A stretch of DNA of 64,000 bases, from the NCBI RefSeq assembly GCF_009914755.1, contig NC_060933.1. The stretch is one strand, 5' to 3'. Below, one piece after another: positions 36,060 through 50,029 of this stretch. The number at the start of each line of letters is the position of its first letter. The first letter of the stretch is position 1. The stretch comes from the human T2T-CHM13v2.0 reference genome, Homo sapiens. Under the pieces are notes generated by a model, which did not search any database, had not been told where the DNA came from, and saw nothing but the letters and a program-made list of their open reading frames with translations. Both the position numbers and the translations under genes were made by a program.

Positions 36060-37200
36060 TTTTTAATCCTGCAACTTTACTGAATTTGGGTTTATCAGTT
36101 ATAATAGTTTTTTTGATGGAATCTTCAGGGATTTCTATATGTAAGATTATATTATCAGCAAACAGATACAATTCACTTCTTCCTTTCACATTTGGATGTT
36201 TTATTTTTTTCTCTTGCCTAATTGCTCTGACTAGGACTTCTGGTACTATGTTGAATAGAAGTGGTAAGAGTGGCATCCTTATCTTGTTCCTGATCTTAGA
36301 GGAAAAGCCTTCAGTTTTTCACCATTGAGTATGATGTTAGCTGTGGGCTTGTAATATATGTCATTTGTTTGGTTGAGGAACATTCCCTCTATACTTAATT
36401 TATTGTGAGTTTTTATCATGAAAAGGTGTTGAATTTTGTCAGATGCTTTTTATACATCTACTGAGATGATCATATGGTTTTTCTTCTTCGTTCTGTGAAT
36501 ATGGAAATCACCTGTATTGATTTGTATATTGAACCATCCTTGCATCTCAGGGATAAATCCCACTTGGTCGTGGTGAATGATCATTTTAATGTACTGTTGA
36601 CCATGGTTTGCTAGTATTTTGCTGATAATTTTTGTATCTATGTTCTTCAGGGATATTGGCCTATAATTTTCTTTTTTGGTAGTCTCTTTGTCTGGCTTTA
36701 GTGTCAGAGTAATGCAGCCATCATAAAATGAGTTTAGAAGTATTCCCTTCTCTTTAATTTTTTGGAAGAGTTTGAGAAGGATTGATATTAGTTCTTTAAA
36801 TATTTGATAAGGGCTCAAGCCATCAGGTCCTGGGCTTTTTCTTGATGGAATACTTTAAGTTACTGACTTAATTCCCTTGCTAGTCATTGATCTGTTTAGA
36901 TTTCTGATTTCTTCATGATTCAGTCTTAGTAAACTATATGTTTCAAAGAATTTACTCATCAGTTTTAGATTGCCCAATTTGTTTGTGTATAACTGCTTAT
37001 GGTAACCTCTCATGATCCTTTGTATTTCTATATTATCAGTTATAAGTCTCCTCTTTCATTTTTGATATTATTTGTCATGTATCATTTTTCTTAGTGTAAT
37101 TAAGGGTTTGTCAATTTTATCTTTTAAGAAAACCAATTCTTAATTTCATTGATTTTGTGTGTCATTTTTATAGTCTTTATATTTTCATTTTTTCTCTTTG
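36060..37200 (-). mobile_element. L1MA/MB-type ORF2 (RT region) fragment
   Basis: Peptides [52 protein letters not shown]. Confidence 0.88.
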
Positions 37201-37439
37201 TTATAACATTCTTATTTTTTGAATTGTAAATTGACAAATTATAGTTGTTTATAAAATGATAGGGTACAAAGTGATATTATGATACACTTCTAATTTTGTT
37301 CCCAGACATTCTGATTCAAAATTTGAAGGTAAGTTTTGAGCCCTCCTTCATGGAGATCTACCATGTAAAACCAGTAACCACAACCTATCTAGTCTTCCTT
37401 TGAAATGCTTTTACATCTACCTTGTCTTTTCCAGCTTGG

Positions 37440-37667
37440 CCCAGTGAAAGGATGTAGACATTAGGACCACATTCTCCTTGTTTCAAACCTCAGTTCTAAC
37501 CCTTTCCACCTAAATGACCTTGGGCAGTTATTTAACTCATGAGCCTCTGTTGGTACATCTATAAAATGGGCTCATTCATAGGGCTGTTGTAGTGATTACA
37601 CAAAAGAATGTATGTAATTCACCTAGCATAGGGCTGTGTATGTAATATCTGTTCAATAAATATTAGT
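37440..37667 (+). mobile_element. MIR SINE
   Basis: tgaccttgggcagttatttaactc...catctataaaatggg core. Confidence 0.75.
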
Positions 37668-37778
37668 TTTCTTTCTTCGCCCTTACCTTCTCTAGAAGTT
37701 TCTCTGATTATATTAGTCCAGAATGTTGATATTGTTCATCTGGCAATAAATTACAGATTATCTTGAAGTATTTCATAG

Positions 37779-38085
<307 letters not shown>

Positions 38086-41069
38086 CAGAAGCATTTTTAT
38101 TATTACTTAGCTTGCAGTGTTACTAAACTATAAGCCCTGTTTATTCATTTATTAATTCAGTCATTTACTTAATATCCATTTATTTAAAAGAGACAAAGCT
38201 TAAGTCACTGATTGACATTGTAAATGTGTATACGGGAATTATATTCTTAAGGGGTGTTCTTCCTGGTACCAGGCACATATGCTCATATATATCAAAGGAA
38301 AGACTGAATGAATGAATATTTTAAGTATCACAAATTAATGCTATGACTCAAGGTAAGATGGATAGAAGGAATGAAAGTTTGGAAAGAAAGGAGATCAATG
38401 AAGTGATAGTCACAAAAGACTGGGATAAAACAAATTTCTGGAGTAAAGAAATGACTATATAGAGAGAGATAACCAAGGAGATAATTTAGGTAGAACATAT
38501 AGATTTTGGACAGGGTAGTGATTCTAGAGGTTGATTCATCAGAAATTATCAGTGGTTATCAGGAAGTTAGAAAGAAAGGAACAGTCAAATATAAAATCAG
38601 TATTTTTAATGTTAGTGGACTTATGGTCCTCATATGCCCTGAAATGACAAATGAGGATTTTGGGGAGGGAAGATTAATTAAATTCTAAATGTTTTTGGTT
38701 TTAGGTGGTGCTGGGACATTCAAAAGAAGTGTTAGTGAAAAATATGGGACAAGATCCCAGGAGAGCAGTAAAAGATGTAGGAAGAATTTATCCTAGAAAG
38801 ACAATGTGAAGAAAGAAATTTCAGTTAGAAAGAATAAACAGGCAAAAGCCTAAAGGTTCAAAGAGCCAGCACCCTTTAGCTTTCTCTATGTAGGATGATA
38901 AAAGGAATGCAGAGTGTGCAGGGGGAAGGGTAGGAGCTGAGGCAAGAACTGTAAGATAGGGCTGGTCATAAAGGACCACTTATGCAAGGCAAAGGATTCT
39001 GGAATATGACTTGTAGTTGATGGAAAGCCATTCAACATGCACATGGGCTGATCATCACATCAGGGAATGTAGGAGGGAAGAAATCTAGAAGTTGAATTGG
39101 GAAGTAGATCACACAAGCCCCAAGATTTGAGTTGAAATCCTCATTTTCAAATGAGCTTTTCTATATTCTGATATTGAAATTCCACAAGTGCTTCCCTATT
39201 ATTAGACCCAATTAAGTGTTCTGCTCTGAATAAAAATCCTTTTTTCTTCTTCTTCCTCTCCTATTCTTCCTTCACCTTCTTCTTGTAAGAGAGAAAATGG
39301 AATAAGGTAACTTTTCTTACTCAAAACACCTCAACAAACTCTAACTCTGGATTCTGAAGGAGGGGAGTCATTTTTCAAAGTCATCTGGGGAGATTCTACA
39401 TGAGATGTTGTCAACAGAGGAAAGCCACCCCCTTACCCCTTACTGCTCTTGAGTATCAGTCGGTGAGATAGTGGAGGATTTCTGCGACAAGAGACAGTTA
39501 TGGATTTCTCTTCAGATAAGAGTTCTCTGGCACAAATTCTGGAGTTCCTGTTTCCTAGGGACACCTCCTCCTTGGTTGTGGTTGCACCTGATCTAATGAT
39601 TCTATAATGAGCAGCAGCATGACATTGCCATCTTATATCTCTGACCCGAATGTGAATGTGTTACCAACAGAAAGGAAACTCAGGAAATGAAAACAGAAAG
39701 GATTCTATTATCAGGCCAACATGCCCACTGTTGCAGTGCTATGAACGCCTTATTGACATTCCTATTCACGTCCAACCCCAGCGTAATTAATCACTGGTGC
39801 ATTTGCTATCCCAGGCTACAAAGATATGTCTTGAAGCCTTTTCAAGTTTCTTCCAAGCTTCTTGCCTTGGCATTTTCCCAAGCTGCTTCTTGAAGAACAG
39901 CAAGCTGGTATTTGGAGCATATGGCGATGGTCTGTTTGTGTGTTCATTAAATCAAGATACCAATGAAAAGAAAGCAGAAAGCTTTCTGTCCTTTAAATGA
40001 AATTGTCAACCCAGATATCTGCTGCCTCTCCCAAGTCCTGGCCTGAAATGCCTGGCAAGTGGGGCTGTGTTATAATGACAAATTAATTCATATCAGACTT
40101 TGATCATGGCCTGAAAAGTTTTCTGACATCAATTTTCAGTAGTTGCCTTTAGAAAATCAGAATACACTTAGGTGCCTCCAATTTTTAACAACAAAAGCAA
40201 AGACATCTTGCCCTATTTGGAGTGTCAACCTCTAACATGAGGACGAGAGGATAAATTTTAGGATTGTCGCAGCTATGTGGAAAAGGAAGGTGATGCTGGT
40301 GCATGGTCAAAACCCATCAGGAGGGGGCTCTCTTGCTGATGGGAGGCCTATGCACAAAGAGTGCTGTAGCTGCCTCTCTCTCCTTCATTTTCCCTTCTCT
40401 TTCCTTCTGCCATGTAACATGTCAAAAGCAAATGAAAATTGAGAGGATTCGGCTGAAAATAGAATTGAATTCTATTAGTCAGCCTAATAATGAAGGTGCA
40501 TTTGGAAATACAGTGCAGTATAGCTAATGTTTACCACTTGACTACTCGTGCCCCAGGCTCAAAATGCATAATGATGCAAATTAAAACCCAGCAAATGGAG
40601 AAGCTGGAATCTCAAAGATAACCATACCTAACACAGGGTATGACAGAACATCTGCTCTTTAATTAATCTTACGTAAAGACTGAAGCACTGCATAAGGTGC
40701 ACAGTGTTTATGACAACTGTTTTTTTTGTGGTTAACATGCTCCTGGACTCCCTCATGTAATTGTTGCAGCTTTGTAACTCACACAAAGCCCAGCTGAACA
40801 ACCCCCATCAGCCAGAAAGGAAAATATGTGCAGGAAGGGTACTGAGATGAGAATATGAAGATTTCAGGATATAAATCAGGCCAGTCCCCAGTTGCAATGT
40901 TCATTCCTTACTTGTGGGGTTGGACTGGGTGGTGGAAACTTAATCTGAGTATTTTATGTTTTAATATGGGAAATTAACTGTGTATGTGTTTGCATACACA
41001 CATATGTATAAAATATATTTATATATTATATTTTATACTTTATAAAGAGCTCAAAGAGCTTGAACATAT

Positions 41070-41600
41070 AGTACAGTGATTACAATTATAGGCTTTGGGG
41101 CCAGCCTGGTCTGTTAGAATATTGGTTCTTCTGTTTCCTAAATCTGAAATATTGAGTAAGTCACTTAACCTCCCTTTGCCTCAGTTTCCTCATCTGTGTA
41201 AAAGGCCTAATAATAATTCCATTACCATGTGCTAGGCCTAAATGTATTACTTCATTTACATGAATTAACTTATTTAATTTTCCCAATAACCCTATCTCAT
41301 AGTGAATAAGCTAATATGTGTGAAACTGTCAAAACTATGAGTGATACATTTTTAAGTGTGCAATAAGTATTAGCTATAATAATTATCATGACTTTATAAG
41401 TCATCTAAAAATATATATTATTATTAAACACTGACTACTACTCTGTAAGAATGGGTCTGTTAGTTTTCCCCAACTTTATAGCTGTCAACCGAAGCTCAGA
41501 ATGATTAATTCAGGTTCCCAAATCTACTCATTTGGAGAGTGACAAAACAAGGATTCTAGCCCCAGATCATCTGACTTTAAATTTTGTGCTTTAAGCTTTT
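41070..41600. mobile_element. MIR fragments in both orientations
   Basis: aagtcacttaacctccctttgcctcagtttcctcatctgt (+) and gaagctcagaatgattaa...ggattctagccccag (-). Confidence 0.65.
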
Positions 41601-42723
41601 CTTCTGAAATTGGAGTGATGGGTAATTGTAGAAATTGAGGGGGTAAAAAAGAGGAGAGCCATTTGAAATCCATTGTAATAATGTGTCTGTTCAAATCAGT
41701 CCTACCAAATCAAGCATGCTCAGCTGTAAAGAAAATGGAGGTGATCTCAGATGTCAAAACACTTCCCTGTGAATATTACTATTTTGGACACTGGCCATTT
41801 TAAAAATTTCAATATTCATTTTTTTCCTCAACTGCTATTTCGTATTCCTGTGGTATTTATTCACCAAACATGATGTTAAGATTATGAAAACGATGAGGAG
41901 TCAAGGTCTTAATTTTGCTCTGACACGGAATCTATTCCTATTTCATATACAGGTTGGCTGTTATTTTCTAGCAGATGCTTTCAGGTTGATGCATATAAAA
42001 TTCACACACTGTGTAGAATTAAGTAGAGGGGGAAAGGGGAATAGGAAAAAAGGATGAAGGGAGAAGTGAGATGCTTATTTTTTTTTGACACCAAAATTGA
42101 ATCTTTCAGTGTAAGGATTTCAAAGTACTGACAACCATTCTCCCATTTGCTGGGTGAGCTTCCTTTTGTGGTATTATTTCCCCATGGATATTGAGAGTCT
42201 TTCTGAGATGAGCACAAGAAGCTAATCACAAACAAACAAAGAGAAGATTGGTAATGCTGATTCCCAACCACCTTGTTCCTTCCACTGGAGGGGGCTCTCT
42301 CAACCCCTTCTCTGAGGATGTGAAAACAAACCAGATGGGTGTGCTATCTCCATCTTTTGGCCTTTAGCAGAGTCTCTGGAACAAAGCAGGGCAGCAGGGC
42401 TTCTTGAAGACTTGCTTGGAGAGAGAGAGAGAGGCTGGATGGAATCTTGAATAAAAATGATAGGTTATGCTTTAAGCTGAATAAAAATAAGCCATCTGAA
42501 GAATATATAGAAGTGGCATGCATGCTGCCTCTGGAAAGATTCATTTTTATTTGTCTATCTATGTATAAAGGAGGAAGATAGATAAATGGAAAGGGAAGTG
42601 CCGTTTCTGTAATGTTCACTCTGGTGAAGGGTTTGCAAACAGTATAAAAATAGTGGCTCTTCCAAAATGACGGCTTTACTTGAAGTTTATCCACCTCTCT
42701 CCCCCTTGCTCATACCCCTCACC

Positions 42724-42752
<29 letters not shown>
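42724..42752. repeat. Stand-alone A29 mononucleotide run
   Basis: No Alu or L1 body upstream and no evident TSD. Confidence 0.9.
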
Positions 42753-42754
<2 letters not shown>

Positions 42755-43033
42755 AATTCAAAGCTAGCATAGTCACTGTGGGGAAAAGACAGCGATCTTT
42801 TGTATGTTGTTATAATTAACCAGGCCCATTTCATCATCAGATTATAGAATGGGATGCAGTGTTAAAAAAAGAACTAAAGGAAGAAACCAGGAGAAGTGGC
42901 CATTTTAATTGCATGTTTATTCTCTCTTCGCTTTCCCAAATTGGTTTCGTTTCCTCTGAGTGGGGTTAGTGCCAGGGTATTCACATGAGCAGGGGCCAGG
43001 GTGGATTCCAACATTTACCAGCATTTGAATTAC

Positions 43034-43094
43034 CTCCGGACGGTTTGGCGGCCTCTAAATTTATACCCTTGAAGGCACAGCAACAAGCCTTCAT
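43034..43094 (-). other. Candidate coding part of an alternative first exon (MKACCCAFKGINLEAAKPSG, phase-1 donor)
   Basis: ggagATGa start (G at -3), GAG|GTAATT donor at 43034/43033, retained CpGs, unique sequence; host gene not recognised. Confidence 0.25.
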
Positions 43095-43599
43095 CTCCTA
43101 TGGAAGAGACTTGAAAGCATGCCAGAACAGGACCTCGTCTTCCCTTCTTAGAGTCCTGGCACGTAGAATCACACAAGAAAACAAAAGGCATTTGTGAGGA
43201 GCCGTCCAGGAAGAAAGATTAACAATATAAACCGAGGGGGGAAAGAGAAAGAAAAGAAAAAGCCCTTTAAAATGGTTTTGTGCTTATTTTAATAGAACTT
43301 GCACAGTCCCTGAATATCCTCTAATCAAAACCAAATGCTTGTTGCTGTACAGCACTCTTTCTTTGTTCACCGGCAATGCCCACTCTGCTTTGCTTGGGGG
43401 GTGGGGCCGGGGCTGGCTGGCTTATCTTTCCACCAGGAATAAACAATGTTGTCCTCAAGGTTAGGGCATGTGGCTGATTCAGAAACCCTAGGGAAAACAC
43501 CCATTGGCAGCTGGACCTTGTTCTTCAGTCACCCCAAATGCCTGATGAAAAACTTGAAGATTTTTTATGCCTTTTGATCCTGAAATTTGTCGAGGAACA

Positions 43600-43830
43600 G
43601 GAATAGAAAAAGGAGCTACTTCTTCCCAGCACCCCCATCTCTGTCTCTCCTTCGCTCTGTCAGTCCATCTGTGCATCTCTATCTGGGTGCTTTCGTCTTT
43701 CTTTCTCCACTCCTTTCCCCTCGCATCCTTTCTCTGGCTACCTCTGTCTCTCTGTCGGTCTTTGGTTCACTACAAAAAATCGGTCAGCGTCCGACTTGAT
43801 TGGCTAATGTTGTCTGACCTTGACTTTATG
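43600..43830. promoter_or_regulatory. Candidate non-CpG-island promoter or enhancer core
   Basis: CT/GA-rich tract, small CpG cluster 43781-43795, CCAAT box on minus (gattggc 43798-43804), TGACCTTGA ERR/NR5A motif 43815-43823. Confidence 0.35.
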
Positions 43831-44710
43831 TGGGTTGGAAGGATTTCAGCTTTGGTTTTTATCAGGATTAGCTTTTTATCTGCACAGAAGTACCTAAGCA
43901 AGTAACTCATCTCCTCATCTTTCACCTTAGACTTGCTGCTTTCTCCTCCAATTTCTCAAGCAACGTGCAGAAAATAAACAGTGATTGTGATGGTTACAGC
44001 AATAGGACTTTTACTACAGGGCAGAAGGGATGAAGCCACAATCTAGTCCCGGGCTCAGGAGCCATGTCTTTGGTTTATACCGGGTGATGTTATTAAGGGA
44101 GTTGGCAGCGTATTTTGTTTTTAACGCCAGCTAATTCTTTTCAAATGCTTACGGGGTGTCCAAGCATCCTGCAAGTGGGGAATGGGAAAGAAGAAACCCA
44201 AATACACAGGATCTGTACCTTTTCATGTCGCCCCAGCTCCTTGCAGCACAAATTGACTTCGTAAGATTGGCTCTGAAAATGAATACCCAGGACATCACTC
44301 TGTGTTACTTTCCTGTGAAATTACTTTTCTGAATGAAAATATTGAATTCCTTTGAAAGCAAGTAGTATAATATCTCTGGAAATGAAAATCCTGTGGAAAT
44401 CACAAAGGAAAGAAGGCTGAAGGATATGAAAGCTTTATATCTCTAAATGTTAGTGAGGCCCTGGATTTTTTTTTTCCTTGACAGCAATCATAACTGCTCT
44501 TTCTAATGTTGATACACTGGGTGCTGGGATCTCCTAGATGCTTCTATTACAGATTTATGTTTTATCTACCATAAACAGCCAATATCATTATCTTAATTTA
44601 CTACAGCATTTGTATGCAGTCGCTGCTTTTTGTAGTCTACTTGCTTAGGAAGTCTGACCTGCGGAATTTTCCTTGTCTCAAGGGGAACGTATTGACTTAC
44701 TGCCAGGTGT

Positions 44711-44740
44711 CTAACCATCACAGACAGCGCCGCTGCTGAA
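44711..44740 (+). promoter_or_regulatory. RE1/NRSE-like (REST) site
   Basis: ctaaccatcacagacagcgcc is 16/21 to TTCAGCACCACGGACAGCGCC, followed by gctgctgaa (inverted left half-site, 8/9). Confidence 0.3.
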
Positions 44741-45042
44741 CTGACAGATGAACTGGGCAGACTCTTCTGAGGAGGCAGTGGCATGGAAGACAGTCTCCTC
44801 ATACTGCGTCAGCTACCTGGTTGCTCACCATTGTCCCTCAGATCATCTTGAGAGGGACAACCTCCACCCTTCTTGTTACGTTGACAGGTTCACCAACTAT
44901 AGAGGGAACTTCCTGCAAGTAAAAGTACTCTCTATAAAAATACGTTCCCCTTTCTATCTTCTCACTCACATAAGTTCCTCTAGGCTCCATGAGTTGATGG
45001 GCCTTACATTACATTTGGTGCCATTTATTCTTCTCTTTGTTT

Positions 45043-45150
45043 GTTTTGAGACGTAGTCTCACTATGTTGCCCAGGCTGGAGTAAAATGGCACGATCTTGG
45101 CTCACTGCAACCTCAGCCTCCTGGGTTCAAGTGATTCTCTTGCCTCAGCC
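45043..45150 (-). mobile_element. 5'-truncated Alu (3' ~105 bp)
   Basis: gagacgtagtctcact...ttgcctcagcc flanked by tttgtttgtttt direct repeats. Confidence 0.85.
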
Positions 45151-45987
45151 TTTTGTTTGTTTTTTCTTAAAGAGCAAGGTGTCCATTGTCAACTGAATAA
45201 ATTATAAAATGCCTCTTTCAACTTCTCCTCAGATCAGCAAAAAAACAGGCAAGAAAGAGAAGAACTAACATGAAGGGGAGGATATGGAAATCCAAGGCAA
45301 CATGATTCCCAGGGAGTGTTACCTTTCTGTAAAGGAGATGGAGCCCTCTGTCCAGATGGAATGTCAGGACTGCTTGACAGCTGAGAGAGGCTGTGGATTA
45401 GATGGCTGTGGCACTGTCAGCCATGTTTGAGGAGTGTGGAGAGCCATGGCTGGCAGGTGGCCGAGCCAATAGCTTGACTTCCAAAAGCTTTACAACACTT
45501 GAAGAAGCTTTTGATTCTTACATAGGTAAATAAAAAAAGAAAATGTTTGAGCAATTAAAAAAGATATGGTGATCTTTGAGGGTTAGCTCACCATCCTTAA
45601 GAACAAATTAAGACCTATCACCTTCATTTCATCTTGTGAATAGAATCTTTGCCATTTATGAAATCCTATAGTTACAAGAGTAGTATATGTGAGCTAGGTG
45701 AAATCTATTTCTTACCTAGTAGTATGTTTCAGCTTTGTAAAATCTCAAAGATGAAAACAGGGCTTGACAGTTTTCTATTTGGTGGATGTATAATGGTTGG
45801 TACCCAATGAGTGTTGCAATAGCTCCTGGGGGGAGACTCCTGGGGACTCAGTAAACCTTAAGGGCCTTGGTCCTGCCCAGGCCAATAATTTTATCAGACT
45901 TAGGTAAATACTTTTTGTTAAGGATGCAGATGACATGAAACTGGAGGAAAGAATAAAGAATATGTTTTATGTCAAAATTAGGTATCG

Positions 45988-46530
45988 GCTTTTAGGGCAG
46001 TGAAAATACTCTGTATAGACACTACACTGATGTATACATATCACTATACATTTGTCCAAACCCATAGAATGTACAATAGCAAGCGTGAACCCAAATGTAA
46101 ATTATGGACTTTCATTGATAATGGTAGGTTACCATAGGTTCATCAATTTTAACAAATGTGCCACTCTGGTGGGGATGTTGATAATAGGGGAGACTGTGCA
46201 TGTGTGGGGACAAGGGTATGTGGGCAATCTCTGTACCTTCCTCCCAATTTTACTGTGAACGTAAAACTGCTCTAAAGAAATAAAGTCTTTACAAAAGAGG
46301 GAGCAAGACAGAGAAAAAAAAAAGATGATTTCCAGGGACTGGAGACAGGAGGGAATAGGAAGCTAGTGTTTAGTGGTATATAATTTCAGTTTGGGATGAT
46401 GCAAAAGTTATGGTGATGGATGGTGGTAATGGGCACACTACAACGTGAATATACTTCATGCCATTGAACTGTATACTTAAAAATGGTTAAGGTGACAAAT
46501 TTCATGTGATGCATATTTTACCACAATAGG
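45988..46530 (+). mobile_element. Two tandem L1 3' ends (L1MC1/2-like, then L1MB-like) inserted in an L3 remnant
   Basis: tttagggcagtgaaaatactctgtat...aaaactgctctaaagaaataaagtct; then cattgaactgtatacttaaaaatggttaag...tattttaccacaat. Confidence 0.78.
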
Positions 46531-48510
46531 AAAAAACACATGGTTCTTCAGTTGGCTGATAAACAACAATAACAAAAACGTAGGTATCAAAAAATATTAA
46601 CAAACTGGATCGATGGAATTTAACATGGATAATGGGAAGTCTAATACTTCCCATTAGAATAGAAGTATGGCTTAATGTGAAACTTAAAACTTTATATGGA
46701 AAAAAGAGAAAATTTGGGTAAACCCAGTCAATGTGAGAAGTTCCTGATTATTCTGCTTCTGCTTCCACCAAAAGTTTCCTAGAGGACGATGTTCAGCACA
46801 AGTCCATCTCTTCAAATATGTGGTTAGTCATTCCTTTGGATCTCCCATACCTTCTTTTAAATTATTCTAAAAGATCTCATAATTATACCCTAAATTTATA
46901 GATATATCACTATATAATTTTATATATTCATGTGTTCCAGCAGATAATTAGTGCTCAAAAATATTTATCGATTAAATTGCAAAATTATTTAAGTTCCATT
47001 GTTTCTTTGTGTAGCCTATGCTGCCTTCATCATAGGCACTTTGGCCTGGGACGTGCCTTCTTTGTACCTTCATTTGCAGAAACCTTTCAATGTCCTAGTA
47101 AAATACAAATGAGAATTTATATCCTAAGTTGAACTTCTGATATTAATTGTTTTATAGTTAGTATCTTTAAAGCCATTTGGTCAGGGTGAGGCTTGTCATC
47201 AATTAATGTTTTTCAAGTGTATATATATGATTCCAATCTCCTATGTGTTGGAGATCAAAAACTCAAGTGTGAAGACATTCCTTGGTATAATTAGTGGCTA
47301 AAGTCTTTAAAACAGATGCCAGACAAAAATAAATACATCTTAAATAATTTTTCAATCAAGTAATGGCATGGAAGGAAGTTAGGGTATTTAGCCACTTTTG
47401 GAGGATATCACTGTCTGTATTTAATTTATAGTTACACAAAGTTAGACTTATTTGATAATTATATAGAGTGAGAGGTAGAGTGAACAGAGAAAGAATTATA
47501 GATGATAAATCAGCTTCTGCAATGTGGCCACAGGGTTGATGGCTATGGGTTATACTTAATCTTAAAATTTTCTTTCTATGCTTAAATAAATTGAAAATAG
47601 TTAACAGTGAAGTGAGTGCCATCATTAATCTGTGTAGCTATAGAATCATAAGCAATTAATATAAAGAGAGAAAATTTCAATGCAGAACAACACAAAAACA
47701 GCACAAATGCATTTCATTTACAAGGCATTAGAGAAACTACGGGGGTAAAGGATAGATACTGGACATTGTCATTCCCTGGCAGTTAAGGCTCCCAGACTGT
47801 GGGGGACCACCTACCGTGGTACTTGCCTCACATTTCATTGCATCACCACATTATTTCACTAAAAGGTCTAAGTAAAATTATGTGGTATTTCAAATATGTA
47901 AAACACAAATGTACATAAACCAAGAACAGCCTGTATATGCCTTGTAAAAACAGTTGGACATCCATGGGATATTTATCTTCATTTTTCCAGGCTTGAGGTG
48001 TAATGTGTGTTATAGTAAATTGATATCTTAAGATTTTTAGTCTAAACTTAGAACATCATCTTCCTGGTATTGTCATAAACCATCAGTGTACATAGAATCC
48101 TAGTATTGACACCAAAGTTATTTCTCTTCAAATTACTCTTAACCAATTAGTAGCAAAGAAATTATTTACTAGACAATGTGTCTTGAGTTAGGTTAGAAAA
48201 TGGTAAACATTTCATCCCTCCCTTCCTCCTTTGCTTCCTCCCTTCTTTCCTTTCTTTCTTCCCTTCTACCTACTGTGGTGGGTGCTAAGATCCTGGTGAA
48301 AAAGAAGAGACATGTAAAGCATTTATCAGAACACAATATGATCAGTGCTATCTTAAAGGCATGTAGGGATTTCAAGGTGGCCCTAAGTTGGGGTGGGTGG
48401 GTGTGGTCACAAAGGATTTTCTGAAAGAAGTAGTGACTAGGTTGAGTCTTGAAGCTAGTTTGTTATTTTCAGAATTTGAATGAAATTCAAGCCATAGAAG
48501 AATTTTTCTA

Positions 48511-48673
<163 letters not shown>

Positions 48674-50029
48674 TGAGTCTTTTAAGAATGGAGAGGGCTA
48701 AGATTGTATCTTGTGGCAAAGTTGTATTATCCCCTCTTGCTCTCTATCAACTTTGCTTTCTATTAGAAGTAAATTTGAAAAATCCAAAAGTGAGTTGAGC
48801 TGGTTGTTAAACTCAATTATTAAAAAAAGAAAAGCCAGGATCTTCTCATGCAGACTATTGGGAAAATAAATGACGGGGGAAAAAATTTCTAATGGTGCAG
48901 TGGGTGTAACTGTCTCTTGGTGGAGTAAGCTATATTTTCTGTCCTGCAGAGAAGGAGGTGGCGTGGAGGATGGCCTAATTTCAGATACTTGAAAAACTTT
49001 GCCTGTAGCCATGTAGCTATGTCCTATTCACAGTATGAGAGGAATTCTGGGACGGTAGATTACACTCCAGATGGGGAAGGAATATCAACTGAATTATTAA
49101 TATCATCTGTATATTACAATGAAAATAGACAAGGATCTGAATTTGAAGCATTAATTGAGAGTCTTCCTCAACTTACTTTGGTAGAGGAGTAGAAAGACCT
49201 GGTCAAGGTGGGCAGAGAGAGATGTTCGAAAGATAATGGGACATCAGTCTGACTCACCACTTAATTAATAGCATGGCCTTTTGTTGCCTATTAAACCTCT
49301 AGGAGTTTCCTCATCAGCGCAGTGTTGTAGGGAGGAGCAACATGTTTGTAATGGATTAACCCTAAGAGCCTATCCAATTTTAAATTTTTAATTGAGTAGC
49401 CAAAAGACAATTCAATTTGGTTCCTACATACCCATTGGATACTTTTACAAACTCTTTCATATATATGAATATAAACATACATACCTAGAAATGACGTAGA
49501 AGGTATATTGTACCCTACAGCTAATACAGATTCACTAATTCTCAGTCTTACATCCATGAAACTCAAACATCTAATTTCAATCTTCTTGCCTAAATGTATC
49601 TTCAATTACTCACCTTCTAGTATATCCCAACTCAGTAAACTCTCACAATTCTCTGAAAATGTCAAGCATATTGTTGTCCCCACCCCTTAACTTGTGCTTT
49701 CAGAAAGTTCTACAGCTCAGAGATCTCTGTATTCAAATCCAGTCCATCCTTCAAGGTCCGTCATAAAAGAACTAACGAGCCACGTATCTGATTGCCTCCT
49801 CCTGGAAGCTGAGCGCGATCTTGGCTCCCCAGAAGTCTGCTCCTGTCTTGTAGTACTTGCCCACTTGCTACATTGTGTTAGGTTTGTTTGTCTAAATCTC
49901 TGTTTTGTTATTTAAGAGGAACTGGATCCTATTAATGCCTTTGCTCCCAGAGCTTAGCAGAGTTCGTGGAATGTGATGGGCAATCAGTTTATGCCAGTGG
50001 AATAGAATGAGGGGAAAACTGGTATTTTA

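Noticed and set aside
37306-37328. 23-nt + strand micro-exon (ttttgttcccag / GAAG-gtaagt)
   Set aside because: Good splice signals but frame-shifting length, directly beside L1 debris, and no partner exons identifiable
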